A DNA stretch of 64,000 bases from an uncultured Planctomycetaceae bacterium (GTDB lineage: Bacteria > Planctomycetota > Planctomycetia > Pirellulales > PALSA-1355), in contig CAWAUV010000008.1 of the NCBI GenBank assembly GCA_963785305.1, positions 1,120,001 to 1,184,000 on the forward strand, given 5' to 3'. A program made the position numbers and the translations under genes. The notes under the pieces are model-generated. The model did no database searches. It had not been told where the DNA came from and saw only the letters and a list, made by a program, of their open reading frames with translations. Shown in pieces: positions 18,567 to 29,739 of this stretch (the first letter of the stretch is position 1; each line of letters starts with the position of its first letter).

Positions 18567-20231
18567 ATGCACAATCATGCTCAAGCCGCCCTTGACCGCC
18601 GCCCTTTTCGCCGACCGGCGCTGAAGCACGCGCCGCTTTGGCTGGCGCTGCTCTTCGCCACGAGCGGGGGGGCGGTTCGCGCCGCGGAAGCCAATGCCGA
18701 AGCCGCTGCCCGAGCCACGGCGGTCGCCGCCGAAGCGATCTCGGTCGATCTCGCCGGGCGATACGTCAATGCCTTGGCCGACGACACCTTCGAGGGCCGG
18801 GCCGCCGGCTCGCGCGGCGGACGCGCGGCGGGACTGTTTATCGTCAAGGAACTCGAACGTCTCAAATTGCCCGGCGCCGGCGATAAGGGAAGTTATTACC
18901 AGCGATTCGACAATGGGCTCGCCAATGTGCTCGCGATTCTCGAAGGCAGCGACCCCGAGTTGAAGCAGCAAGTCATCGTGATCGGCGCCCATTACGATCA
19001 TGTCGGCTATGGCACCGCCCGCAATAGCTATGGACCCACCGGCTATATTCACAACGGCGCCGATGACAACGCGAGCGGCGTGGCGGGCCTGTTGGCGATC
19101 GCCACCGCGTTTTGCAAGCTTCCCACGCCGCCGAAGCGCAGCGTGGCGTTTGCGTTTTGGGATGGCGAGGAGGCCGGCCTCTTGGGCTCGAAATACTGGG
19201 TCGAGCATCCCACGATTTCGCTCAACCGCGTCGCGGCCGCGATCAATATCGACATGATCGGCCGCCTGCGCGGCGGCAAGGTCGAGGTTTATGGAGTTCG
19301 CACCTCACCGGGCTTTCGTCGCTTGGTGAGCGAGCAGAACGAGGGCGTCGACCTGCTGCTCGACTTCGTGCTCGAGCTCAAGGGCAATAGCGACCACTAT
19401 TCATTCTACTCGCACCAAGCGCCGATCATCTTCTTCCACACTGGCTTGCACGGCGATTACCACCGCCCGAGCGACGACGTGGAAAAAATCAATGTGCCGG
19501 GCCTCAAGCAAACCGCCACGCTGATCTTCAAGACCGCCTATGAATTGGCCGAAGAGCCGCGGCGGCCGGCGTTTCGCGCGGCGTCGACCCGGGAAGCGCA
19601 ATCGACGCTCGAAGCGATCGAAAACGCGGCCCCGCCCCGGGCGCCAGGTCGCTTGGGAGTGTCGTGGGATGAACGGGCCGAGGGTATCGTGGTGCGCGGC
19701 GTCGCCCCGCAATCGCCGGCCGCCAAAGCCGGGCTCCGCGCTGGCGATCGCATCGAAACAGCCGCCGGCCGCTCGCTCCGCTCGCCCGAGGAGTTTCGCT
19801 CGCTGGTGCTCGCGGCCGAGTCGCCGCTCTGGCTGGGCATTCGGCGAGCCGGTGTGGCCGAACCGCTGCGAGCGCGCGTCGATTTGCAGGGAGCTCCGAC
19901 GCGACTCGGGCTCGGCTGGCGCATCGACGACGCCGAGCCGGAAGCGATGATCGTGAACAAACTGGTTCCCGGCGCTCCCGCCGCGCTGGCCGGATTGCGG
20001 GCGGGCGATCGCATTTATCGAATCAATGGCCAGGGCGTGCATGGGGGCCAGGCGTTTTTGCGAGCCCTCGACGGATCGTCGGGGCCGTTGACGATCGAGG
20101 TCGAAACTCGCGGTCGCGTTCGCTCGATCGAGGTCACGCCGCTGGAACCGATTCCGTCGGCAAACGCGAGCGCGACCGAATCGCCGGCAAGCAGCCCAGC
20201 GACGACCGGCGCCGAGGCGCCAGAACAATAG
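18567..20231 (+). CDS. M28 family peptidase with two C-terminal PDZ domains
   Basis: GAHYDH, NGADDNASG, GEEAGLLGS, NIDMIG, SDHYSF, DYHRPSD; two PDZ-like 'SPAAKAGLRAGDRI' repeats. Confidence 0.92.
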   Translation: MHNHAQAALDRRPFRRPALKHAPLWLALLFATSGGAVRAAEANAEAAARATAVAAEAISVDLAGRYVNALADDTFEGRAAGSRGGRAAGLFIVKELERLKLPGAGDKGSYYQRFDNGLANVLAILEGSDPELKQQVIVIGAHYDHVGYGTARNSYGPTGYIHNGADDNASGVAGLLAIATAFCKLPTPPKRSVAFAFWDGEEAGLLGSKYWVEHPTISLNRVAAAINIDMIGRLRGGKVEVYGVRTSPGFRRLVSEQNEGVDLLLDFVLELKGNSDHYSFYSHQAPIIFFHTGLHGDYHRPSDDVEKINVPGLKQTATLIFKTAYELAEEPRRPAFRAASTREAQSTLEAIENAAPPRAPGRLGVSWDERAEGIVVRGVAPQSPAAKAGLRAGDRIETAAGRSLRSPEEFRSLVLAAESPLWLGIRRAGVAEPLRARVDLQGAPTRLGLGWRIDDAEPEAMIVNKLVPGAPAALAGLRAGDRIYRINGQGVHGGQAFLRALDGSSGPLTIEVETRGRVRSIEVTPLEPIPSANASATESPASSPATTGAEAPEQ

Positions 20232-20378
20232 CGGCTTTTGCGGCGCGACGCGGAATTCAGCGCACCGTTACCAGCGATATTCGCATGAGCGGGAAAAAAG
20301 GCAGCGCACAATTCGGCTCATCGGCGAAATTCCGGGAAATGAGTTGATCGGCGCCTCGTCCGCGGATAGTTTTGTGGC

Positions 20379-21038
20379 ATGGATGCCATCATCGCGTTGT
20401 CGACCGCGCTCGGCGCCTCTTGGGCGAGCGGCGTAAATCTATATGCCGCGGTCGCGACTCTCGGCTGCCTGCACCGCTTTGGCGCCGTGCAATTGCCCGG
20501 ATCGCTCGACATTCTTGGCAGCGGGTATGTTATCGCGGTCGCGATCGTGCTCTATGTGATTGAATTCGTTGCCGACAAGGTTCCCTACGTCGACAGCGTT
20601 TGGGATGCCGTGCATACGTTTATTCGCGTTCCCGCCGGCGCTCTTGTCGCAATGGGGGCCGCATCCGGTCTTGGCCCCGAGACCCAGGCCATTGCCTTTA
20701 TGCTCGGCGGCGGCGTGGCCTTCACGGCGCACGGCGCCAAGGCAGCCACGCGATTGGCGATCAACGCGAGCCCGGAGCCGTTTTCAAATTCGGTTGCCAG
20801 CGTTGTCGAAGACGGATTTGTATTCTTGCTCGTGAGCTTGCTCGTGTTCCATCCGCTAATCGCCGCGATGATCGTCTTGGCGATCCTGGCGTTGACGGTC
20901 TATCTCCTACCCAGGATTTTCATGCTGTTCGGGTCCGTCTGGCGTCGATGGATATCGAGGATTCGTCCAGACGTGCCAGACGCGACCGAACTTGGTGCTG
21001 AGCTCGCGGCGCCGGCCCGATCTAGCGGCCAGAGATAA
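20379..21038 (+). CDS. DUF4126 membrane protein
   Basis: SWASGVNLYA, EFVADKVPYVDSVWDAVHTFIRVPAGA, SPEPFSN. Confidence 0.9.
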   Translation: MDAIIALSTALGASWASGVNLYAAVATLGCLHRFGAVQLPGSLDILGSGYVIAVAIVLYVIEFVADKVPYVDSVWDAVHTFIRVPAGALVAMGAASGLGPETQAIAFMLGGGVAFTAHGAKAATRLAINASPEPFSNSVASVVEDGFVFLLVSLLVFHPLIAAMIVLAILALTVYLLPRIFMLFGSVWRRWISRIRPDVPDATELGAELAAPARSSGQR

Positions 21039-21058
21039 TCGACAGACTCAATTTAGAG

Positions 21059-21958
21059 TCAGGGGTGGCGAACGCCGCGCCAGGCTTCGATCTGGGCCAG
21101 CACCTTGGCCATTGCTTGCAGCTTGTCGCGATCGGTGGCCTCGAAGTGCCGCGTATAGTTCGGGTTGCCGCCGATGGCCATTTTGCAATGAAAGCGATAG
21201 AGCTCGCCCTCGTTGCCCCAGGTCTCGAGCAGATAATACGCGGCGCCATAATCGCGTAGCTTTTTCTCGAACCAAGCAAACTGCTCGCTCTCGCCGGCCG
21301 CGCTTGCGGGCGGGCTCGCGGTTGCGCCGGCGGACGGGCCCGGGCCCGAGGCTCGCGCCGCGAACGGATCGGCCGCCGCGCCGCTTGTCGGCGGGGCGCC
21401 TAGCGGCGGCGTGGCTGTCAACGGCGTGCTCTCCACCGGCGTCGAAAAGCCGGCCTGCATCGCGCCCGACTTCGGCGCTTGAGGAAAGAATCCCCCGCCG
21501 CTCGTCGCCGCGCCCGGGGCCATCGTTGAATAGGCCGATACCGGGCCGTTGGGCACATCGGGCGCCGCCACGAGCCCCGTTGTCGCGGGCGCGGCCGCCG
21601 CGCCGCTCGACGGAATCATTGCGGGTGCTTGCCAGAATCCCGCCGAACCTCCGGGCAAGCTTCCCGGAGAGCTCGTTCCCGCAATATCGGCCGCATTGTT
21701 CGCCGGCGAGTTGGCATGGGCGGCATCGCTCGAATACACGATCGCCGGAGTGGGCGTGGAATTCGAGTCCGCGCGGCCGCCTGGCGTGGCGGCGGGCGAT
21801 TCAAAATGCAGCTGCGCCAAGATCGGATGGACGAGCCAGGTTTTGACCAGCTCGGGAAAGGTGCTGCCGAAAATGGCCGCGAGCGGAGCGACCACCAGAC
21901 AAGCCAGCATCACCAGCGCGCGAAAGGCCACTACGGTCGACGATTCTACCGCTTTCAC
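21059..21958 (-). CDS. Hypothetical protein (N-terminal TM, Pro/Ala linker, conserved C-terminal domain)
   Basis: FRALVMLACLVVAPLAAIFG; C-terminal LRDYGAAYYLLETWG..LYRFHC; start approximate. Confidence 0.75.
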   Translation of the reverse strand: MKAVESSTVVAFRALVMLACLVVAPLAAIFGSTFPELVKTWLVHPILAQLHFESPAATPGGRADSNSTPTPAIVYSSDAAHANSPANNAADIAGTSSPGSLPGGSAGFWQAPAMIPSSGAAAAPATTGLVAAPDVPNGPVSAYSTMAPGAATSGGGFFPQAPKSGAMQAGFSTPVESTPLTATPPLGAPPTSGAAADPFAARASGPGPSAGATASPPASAAGESEQFAWFEKKLRDYGAAYYLLETWGNEGELYRFHCKMAIGGNPNYTRHFEATDRDKLQAMAKVLAQIEAWRGVRHP

Positions 21959-22276
21959 GATGCTTCTTCCCTGAAAGGACCCACGCGACTGGCGGCGCCT
22001 CCCTGGAAACATCGCCGCGGCAATTTCCTTGCGGCGAGACTTCCGGCGCGAGGCCGCAATCATACTGCCTTCGGCCGAACCGCGGCAATGGCGAAAAACC
22101 ACGTGCCTCACTGAGCCCAATGAGAGCTTTGCCAGCAGTGCGCGGTCCGGTCGGGGCCGGCGTTCCGTGGCTATTCGGCGCGCCAAGCGAAGCCGGCGAC
22201 AACTTGGTGCTCGCGATCGCGAGCAAACCACCGTGGGATTCGCGGAGTGGGGGATTGGCGGTTTTTAGTCCGCCCC

Positions 22277-23527
22277 TTACATGGCCCGCAACCGGGCAAT
22301 CGCTTCGGCGGTGGCGGCGATCGCGAAGTCGATCTCGGCCTCGGTGTTCGCGCGGCCGAGTCCGAACCGCACGCTACTGCGCGCGGCGTCGACATCGAGG
22401 CCGAGCGCGCGAAGCACATGGCTCGGCCCCGGGTCGGCCGAAGTACACGCGCTTCCGGAGCTCGCCGCCACGCGCCGCATTTGCATGAGCAACGCTTCGC
22501 CATCGATGCCCTCGAAGCCGACATTGAGATTGCCCGGCAAGCGGAGCGATCCCGGCGGCGAGCGGTCGCCGGGCTGGGCGGAGGCGTCGCTCGGCGGCGC
22601 CGGCTCGTCGAGGGCCGGCCCGCGCAGGGCCACGCCATCGATCGCGCTTTGCAGTCCGAAGTAGAGCCGGCCGCGCAGCGCGCCGAGCCGTTCCCCTTCG
22701 CTGGGCATTACTTCGACCGCGAGCTCGAGCGCTGCCGCCATGCCCACGATGCCGGGCACATCGAGCGTGCCGGCGCGGATGCCGGCTTGATGGCCGCCGC
22801 CCGTGATGAGCGGTTCGAGTCGCACGGGCGGCGGACCGCTGCGAATATAGAGCCCGCCCATTCCCTTGGGCCCATAAAACTTATGGGCCGAAAAACTCAT
22901 CAGGTCCACATTGAGCTCATCGACGTGGATGGGAATCTTGCCCATGGCCTGCGTGGCGTCGGAGTGAACGAGCACCCCGCGCTCCCGCGCGATCCGCCCG
23001 ATCTCGGCCAGCGGCGCGATGACGCCGATCTCGTTGTTGGCCAGCATCACGCTCACCAGCACTGTGTCGGGCCGAATGGCGGCGGCGACCTTGGCCGGAT
23101 CGAGCCAGCCGGCCCGCGGGCTGGGGGCTTGCTCCACATCGAGCAGCGTGACTTCGAATCCGCGCCGGGCGAGCCGCGCGAGCGGATCGAGCACCGCCTT
23201 ATGCTCGGTGGCCACCGAGATGATATGCGAGCCGCGGCGGCGCGTGCGCTCGGCCAGTCCCCGCACGACGAGGTTATTGCTTTCGGTGGCGCCGCTGGTA
23301 AACACGATCTCGCGCTCGCCGGCGCCGATCGAAGCGGCGATCGTTGCGCGGCTGGCGTTCACCGCGTCGCGCGCTTGCCAACCGAGCGCGTGCGTGACGC
23401 TCGCGGCGTTGCCGAAGGCCCGCGTGAGAAAAGGCATCATGGCGGCCAGCACGCGCTCGTCGAGCGGCGTGGTCGCATGATGATCCAGATAAACGAGATC
23501 GAGTCGCTCGGGCCGAGGAATCGCCAT
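22277..23527 (-). CDS. iscS: Cysteine desulfurase (IscS/NifS family)
   Basis: YLDHHATTP, FTSGATESNN, NNEIG, HSDATQ, SAHKFYGPKG, SSGSACTS. Confidence 0.95.
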   Translation of the reverse strand: MAIPRPERLDLVYLDHHATTPLDERVLAAMMPFLTRAFGNAASVTHALGWQARDAVNASRATIAASIGAGEREIVFTSGATESNNLVVRGLAERTRRRGSHIISVATEHKAVLDPLARLARRGFEVTLLDVEQAPSPRAGWLDPAKVAAAIRPDTVLVSVMLANNEIGVIAPLAEIGRIARERGVLVHSDATQAMGKIPIHVDELNVDLMSFSAHKFYGPKGMGGLYIRSGPPPVRLEPLITGGGHQAGIRAGTLDVPGIVGMAAALELAVEVMPSEGERLGALRGRLYFGLQSAIDGVALRGPALDEPAPPSDASAQPGDRSPPGSLRLPGNLNVGFEGIDGEALLMQMRRVAASSGSACTSADPGPSHVLRALGLDVDAARSSVRFGLGRANTEAEIDFAIAATAEAIARLRAM

Positions 23528-24355
23528 GCCCCGATTTTACGTTCCCGGGAGCGGGGCGGCAAAAGCGACGCTATCGCGGCGCTGGGCCGACGAAGCGCGA
23601 TTCGCGGTGGGTTAAGCTGGCGAAATTGTTCGGATTGTCGCGATTGTATTGGATTTCATGGCGAGGAAACGTCGAAGAATCTCATTACACGAACAAACTC
23701 TGGAGTTTTCGAGCGATGAGCATTTACTCTCCCCGGATGCAACTACTTTCATTGATGGCGCCCCGAGCGCCAGAAACCGCGACGCGCCATGGCGGAGCCG
23801 CGGGTGGCGGCAAGCGAACGTCGCGATCGCCGCGAAGCTGGCTGTTGGGCATCGGGCTGGGCGCGGTGATCGGCGCCGCCGCTTGGGCCGAGTCCGCGGC
23901 CGAGAGCGGCGATCCGCCGGCATTTGCCGCCGAGCGCCTCCGGCGCCGCGACCATCGGCGGCCCGCTCGGTGAAGCGACGCTCGGCCTCCATGAGATGCA
24001 GTCGACGGCGAGATCTTCGCTTCTGGAAAATTGATTGCAGGTCCGCGCAACGGCCACGCCGCGCGTCTCGCGGAGAATCTCGCGCCGCCGCTCCATTCCG
24101 CTTATCTCCATGCGCCGCCCATGCCGATTATGGCAATGAGGCCGGTTGCAACGCACTTCTCGCATTCGACCGACGCTTCATCGGGCCGCGCGCGAGGGTG
24201 AACCGATCGCCCTATGCGCGCGTGGCCGTCGAATGAACGCGCCATTTCCGTCGAAGCGCCCGGCCCGGCTCGCGAGGTCATCGTCGCCTAATCACCCAAA
24301 GGCGATCACGACCGGCGATGTCCAAGCTCGCGACGGGCGGGGAAAGGGGTCGACG

Positions 24356-25152
24356 ATGTCGGGCATCAACGGCATTTCAGCGTCGCATACCGCGCTCGGC
24401 CAATATCTGGCCGGGCTCTCCGGCTTCGGGACTAATAGCAACACCCTCCCGGGCGCCAAGAGCGCCGGCGGGACTTCGGGCGCAAGCAGCGGTTCGGCGC
24501 AACGAGCTCCGGCTTGACAAGCGCCGCCGAGATCGAGCAAACACAACTCGCCGCCATCACGAACATTCTCGACAATGCCGCTGGCGGCGCGTCGAACTCT
24601 TCGACCACCGCCACGCCAAACGCCTCGCCAAACTCGAACTCCCCGACTGGCGCGAACCCATCCAATGGCGGGACCGGCGCCCGGGTCAGCCTCGCGACGC
24701 TCCGAACGCAAATCGAATCGGCTGTCAACGGTGCGCTGGGCGGTCTGAATAGCTCGACCGCGACAAACGCCGGCGCGGCGGCCAAGGCGGTGCGCGACGC
24801 GATTAATAAAACGTTGCAGCAAGATGGGTTGCTCGCCAACGATAATCCAAGCGGCTCGACCGATTCGTCATCGTCCACCGGCGGCGCATCGATCGCCGCC
24901 GCGGCGAGCTCGAGCAGTTCGGTCTCGAGCAGCGCCAACCCAGCGACTACCCCGGTGGAATCGAGCGCGAACGGAACGTCGTCGGACAGCACCGTGCTCG
25001 CCGCATTGCTCGCGCGAAACAACATCGATCCGACCGTGTTTCAAAACAGCATCTTGTCGGCGCTTACGAACGCGTCGGCCGCCGGCGGCGCCGATTTCAG
25101 TCAGTTGTTCGCCAATTTCCCGGTCGGCCAAGACATCGATACATTTGCGTGA
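24356..25152 (+). CDS. Ser/Ala/Thr-rich hypothetical protein (frameshift near 24500)
   Basis: MSGINGIS... joins ORF 24514-25152 ending GQDIDTFA. Confidence 0.6.
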
Positions 25153-25215
25153 CCGATCCCCCGACGCCTCTTGGGAAAAGGTAGGCAAGGGCAAAAGAGT
25201 CGTGAAAGCATCTTT

Positions 25216-25271
25216 AGAGCCTCGCCCTGCCATTTCCCAATGGGGAGAGGGGGAGTTGTCGGATAGGCTCT
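25216..25271. repeat. REP-like hairpin carrying the MITE terminal sequence
   Basis: AGAGCCT...AGGCTCT ends; GTTGTCGGATAGGCTC at 25255-25270 matches the 11802-11817 MITE end. Confidence 0.6.
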
Positions 25272-25787
25272 TGGTCGGTTCCCGAGGGAACGAATGGAAA
25301 AAACTGACCTCTTCGTCGATCCGCCGCCGCTTGGAAGAAGAGAGGAGCGAGCGGCAAGATGCATCAGGAAGATTCGCAAGTCCGGTCCGTTATCCTTGAG
25401 GTGGCAAAAGCAAATGCAGCTAGCGGCGTTTTAGGTCTTTCGTTCGGAACAAATTCGTGACCGGCGCTTCAAAATGGGCGAACTTTGGCGGAGTTGCGGA
25501 CAAGTGATGGGCCGCGAAGCCGCATTTTGCCACGCGCGGGGCGAGACACTTGCAACGGATTTCGTTAAACTCTAAGTGGCAAAATTGGTATTCATGGTAG
25601 CGGCGGCAAAGGCGGGTTTGGCGGCTCGCGGCACGATTTAGCGGTGCGCCGATTGCACTTGGCGGCGTCGGTCGATCCGGGCGAATGGCCTGTTCCGGTA
25701 TAAGGCCCCGCCGGTTTTTCGCCGCGACAATACTTCGTTTGACTCCCCACCAGAACATTTTCGTAAAACCTTCATCGAGAACACGCC

Positions 25788-26526
25788 ATGTTCATCCTGG
25801 AAGCGGTGGCCCTTTGTAAGTCCTATGGCGACAGCGAGGTCCGCGTGCCCGCTCTACGCGGCGTCGATCTCCGGGTCGAACGCGGCGAGTTCGTCGCCAT
25901 CATGGGTCCCTCGGGCTGCGGCAAAAGCACCATGTTGCAAATGCTCGGCGGCCTGGAAACTCCCACCAGCGGCCACGTGTATATCGATGAAATCGATCTG
26001 TCGGCGCTGAACGACGACCAGCGCACTTTGCTGCGTCGTCGGCGAGTGGGGTTCGTCTTTCAAGCGTTCAATCTCTTGCCCACGCTCACGGCCGAGGAAA
26101 ATGTACGGCTACCGCTGGCGCTCGATGGCGTGCGCCGGCCGAAGCCGCCGAGCGAGCCCGAGTCGCGCTCGAAAGCGTCGGCATGGCGCATCGGGCCGAC
26201 CATGTGCCCTCGAAACTTTCGGGCGGCGAACAGCAGCGCGTGGCGATTGCCCGGCGCTGGTGATTCGCCCGGTGCTGCTGCTGGCCGACGAGCCGACCGG
26301 CAACTTGGATAGCGCGGCGGGTCAAAAGGTGACGAAGCTCTTGCGGGGCCTGGTCGACGAGCAAGAGCAAACGATCGTGATGGTCACGCACGACGCGAGC
26401 GTGGCGGCCCAGGCCGATCGCGTGATTCATTTGAAAGACGGCGTGATCGAGCGCGAAACGTGCGGCGATGAAACGATCGGCCGATCGCAAACTCGCTTTC
26501 CCAGTTGGCAAGGGCCGGGACTATGA
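25788..26526 (+). CDS. ABC transporter ATP-binding protein (LolD/MacB-like; frameshifts)
   Basis: [21 protein letters not shown] (shifted frame), [15 protein letters not shown]. Confidence 0.92.
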
Positions 26527-29048
26527 CGCTCTGGCGACTGATCGTTCGCTCGCTCGAATCGCGGCCCGGCCGCGCCGTGCTCACGCTGGGCAGCATCATG
26601 ATCGGCGTGGCTGGCGTGGTGTCGGTGGGCTTGGCGGTGCATACGACGCGCGGCGCGTATCAAAAAATGTACGATGCCCTGGCCGGACGCGCGGCGCTCG
26701 AAGTGCGGGCGATGGGCGCGGGCGGCTTTTCGGCCGATATCAGCGAACAAGTCACCTCGACGCCGGGAGTGAAGTCGGCGGCGCCCTCGATCCAGCGGAT
26801 CACGAATCTCTACCACACCCACGACGGAACCAAGAAAAAGGCCAAGATCCTGGCCGTGGGTATTGATCCAGCCTTGGACCGCGAAGTGCGCGACTATGAA
26901 ATTCTCGTCGGCGATTTTTTCAAAGACGGTAAAGGACTCCTCCTCGAAGCCAGCTTTGCCCGCAGCATGGGCATCGATCTGCACGACGAAGTACGGCTAC
27001 TCACTCCCAGCGGGCTGAAGTCGGTGAGGGTCGAGGGGCTACTCGCTCCGCGCGGCGCGGCCGGTTTTGCCCAAGGCGCCGCGGCGTTTTTGCCGCTGCC
27101 GGTCATGCAACGCTTCTTCGAAATGCGCGGTAAGATCGACACGCTCCAACTCGTGCTCGACCACGACTCCGACGAGCCCGCGGTGCGAAAGGCCGTGGCG
27201 GCGATATTGCCGACCGGGGTGGGGGTCCATCCGCCCCCGAATCGCACCGAGCAGGCCGATGAAACCCTGCGCAGCGTCGAGCAAGCGCTTTCGGTCTCCG
27301 GCGCGCTGTCGCTGGTGCTCGCCGTGTTTATCATCGTGAACACCTTCTTGATGAGCGTGAGCGAGCGGCGCAAGCAATGGGCGATCATGCGCGCGATCGG
27401 CGCCACCCGGTCGCAAGTGGTGCGCCTCCTGCTCTGCGAGGGGCTGATGTTCGGCGTGATCGGCACCGGGCTCGGCCTGCTTGCCGGCCTAGGCGGCGCG
27501 TATTTGCTCACCAGGGCTCTCGAGGGGCTCACCGGCAATCCACTGCCGCCGATCCGGCTCGCTTGGGGACCGCTCGCCCTGGGCGGCGGCTTGGGCCTGG
27601 GACTCTCGCTCGCTTCCACCTATTTTCCCGCGTTGCATGCCGGCAGGGTTTCGCCGCTCGAGGGCATGCGAAACATTTCAAGGCTCGACACGCAAAATGT
27701 CGCGTGGTGGGTCACGGCGATCGGCGTGGCGATGCTCGCCGTGGGCGGCGGTATTGTTTACGCCGCCGGTGAAGGATTTCTTGGCCGCGACAAGCTCGTC
27801 ACCGGCGGCGTGGTCTGCCTCTTGGGCTGCGTGCCGCTGTTGCCGGCGGTGCTCGATCCCATGACCAAGGTCATCGCCGCGGTGCTGGCGATCGGCATGC
27901 CGGTGGAAACCCATCTGGCCGCCGGCGCGGTGCTCCGCCGTCGCGTGCGAACCACGCTCACGGCCGGAGTGCTCTTTCTCGCCGTCGGCTGCGGCATCGG
28001 GCTCGCCGCCACGATCATCGACAATGTCCGCGATGTGCAAACATGGCTCCGCCGCACGCTTCAGGGCGATTTCTTTGTCCGCTCCATGATGCCCGATATT
28101 AACGGCGCCGGCGCCCAAGCCGATCTACCCGATAGCCTCGCCACCGAGATTCGCAAGATTCCCGGCGTAACCGCCGTGACCAGCGCCCTTTCGTTTCGGG
28201 GGCGGGCCGAGGGCGAAGATGTGCTCATCATGGCCCGGCAGTTCTTGCCCGGCGAGCCGCTGCCCATGTTCATCAAAGACGCCGACCCGAAAGAGGTCGT
28301 GCGCCGACTGGCCGAGGGCCAAGTGGTGATCGGCACGGTGCTGGCCCAGAAAACGGGCCGTAAAGTGGGCGACATGCTTAAGATCGAGACCTCGCATGGC
28401 CCGCGAACGGTGAAGATCGCGGGAATGAACAACGACTACAACGCCGGCGGCATGACGGTATATTTCGAGCGCGAAGCGGCGAAAAAATTCTGGGACATCC
28501 ACGGCGCCACGCTCTATGTGATCAAGGCCCACGTCCAACAACTCGCCGCAGTCGACGCGGCCTTGGCCGCGATCACGGATCGCGAGGGGCTGCTATTCCA
28601 GTCGTCGGCGTCGGTTTTTCGCATGATCAACGGCATGATGATGGGCGTGGTGGGCGGCCTTTGGGTGCTGCTGGCCCTCGCGCTGCTCGTGGCGTCGTTC
28701 GGCATCGTGAACACGCTCACGATGAATGTGCTCGAGCAAACCCGGGAGATCGGCTTGCTGTGCGCCGTGGCAATGACCCGCCGCCAGATGCGGTGGATGA
28801 TTCTGATTCAGGCGGCGATCATCGGCCTGATTGGCCTTTTCCCGGGGGTGCTGGCCGGCGCGGTGCTCGCGTTTTTAATGAACACCGGCACGCTGCCGCT
28901 CTTGGGGCATCCGATCAATTTCAATCTCTCGCCGGCCTTGCTGGTGGTGACCTTCACCGGCGCGATCGTCATGGTGCTGCTGGCGGCCTGGGCGCCGGCG
29001 CTGCGGGCCAGCCGGCTCAATGTGATCGTGGCGCTTCGCCAAGATTGA
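26523..29048 (+). CDS. ABC transporter permease, FtsX/MacB family (duplicated)
   Basis: Two MacB_PCD + FtsX repeats (SVSERRKQWAIMRAIGA; NVLEQTREIGLL). Confidence 0.92.
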   Translation: MTLWRLIVRSLESRPGRAVLTLGSIMIGVAGVVSVGLAVHTTRGAYQKMYDALAGRAALEVRAMGAGGFSADISEQVTSTPGVKSAAPSIQRITNLYHTHDGTKKKAKILAVGIDPALDREVRDYEILVGDFFKDGKGLLLEASFARSMGIDLHDEVRLLTPSGLKSVRVEGLLAPRGAAGFAQGAAAFLPLPVMQRFFEMRGKIDTLQLVLDHDSDEPAVRKAVAAILPTGVGVHPPPNRTEQADETLRSVEQALSVSGALSLVLAVFIIVNTFLMSVSERRKQWAIMRAIGATRSQVVRLLLCEGLMFGVIGTGLGLLAGLGGAYLLTRALEGLTGNPLPPIRLAWGPLALGGGLGLGLSLASTYFPALHAGRVSPLEGMRNISRLDTQNVAWWVTAIGVAMLAVGGGIVYAAGEGFLGRDKLVTGGVVCLLGCVPLLPAVLDPMTKVIAAVLAIGMPVETHLAAGAVLRRRVRTTLTAGVLFLAVGCGIGLAATIIDNVRDVQTWLRRTLQGDFFVRSMMPDINGAGAQADLPDSLATEIRKIPGVTAVTSALSFRGRAEGEDVLIMARQFLPGEPLPMFIKDADPKEVVRRLAEGQVVIGTVLAQKTGRKVGDMLKIETSHGPRTVKIAGMNNDYNAGGMTVYFEREAAKKFWDIHGATLYVIKAHVQQLAAVDAALAAITDREGLLFQSSASVFRMINGMMMGVVGGLWVLLALALLVASFGIVNTLTMNVLEQTREIGLLCAVAMTRRQMRWMILIQAAIIGLIGLFPGVLAGAVLAFLMNTGTLPLLGHPINFNLSPALLVVTFTGAIVMVLLAAWAPALRASRLNVIVALRQD

Positions 29049-29239
29049 TCGCGCCGAGCTGCGCGGCCCAGCCGATTCACGGGCCGCGTCGCCGCGCATT
29101 CCGCGGGGCGAGACCTCGCGACCCATGAAAAACGCCGCGAGGACGCAACTCCCTCGCGGCGTGTTATGCTCATCATCGCGCGTGACGTGGGTCGCTGGCG
29201 TTGGTTGCAATGCCCTTCGCGAGCGAGGCCACTCGAGGC

Positions 29240-29611
29240 TCAGACGTCGGCGTCGTCGTCTTCCCAGTCGTCGTCATCCTCGTCGTCGTCATCGTCGTCC
29301 TCATCGTCGTCATCCCAGTCATCGTCATCATCATCCCAATCGTCGTCATCATCTTCTTCGTCTTCGTCTTCCTCGTCGTCGTCGACCTCTTCCCATTCGT
29401 CGTCTTCGAGATCTTCTTCATCGTCATCATCATCGTCGTCGAGGTCGTCGTCTTCTTCCTCGTCTTCGTCGGCGATAGCGAAAAGGCCCTTGCCGAGGAG
29501 CTTGCCGCGCCGAGCAGCGTCGAGCCGGCCAACGTCGCGCAAAGCGAGGTCCGAGGCGATTCCGTCTGGGCTACCTTGTGAGACGGGGGCGAAAAACGTG
29601 GCAATGGTCAC
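29240..29611 (-). CDS. Small, extremely acidic (Asp/Glu-rich) protein
   Basis: GAGGAG RBS then GTG at 29611; C-terminal ~75 aa almost entirely D/E with spaced Trp. Confidence 0.65.
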   Translation of the reverse strand: MTIATFFAPVSQGSPDGIASDLALRDVGRLDAARRGKLLGKGLFAIADEDEEEDDDLDDDDDDDEEDLEDDEWEEVDDDEEDEDEEDDDDDWDDDDDDWDDDDEDDDDDDEDDDDWEDDDADV

Positions 29612-29739
29612 TGCGATGCTCCTCTTTCGTCGAATGGAAATTGCACAACCAATGGTCTGGAAATCGGATATCGCTCTGGCGCCAGACGCGGTCTTGTTCC
29701 GAGAAGCAATTCTCTCGGGGCAAGTCCGCGAGCTCGCCC

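Noticed and set aside
23530..24350. Several overlapping ORFs between iscS and the Ser-rich gene
   Set aside because: No recognisable motifs or clear RBS; none can be supported as a gene.
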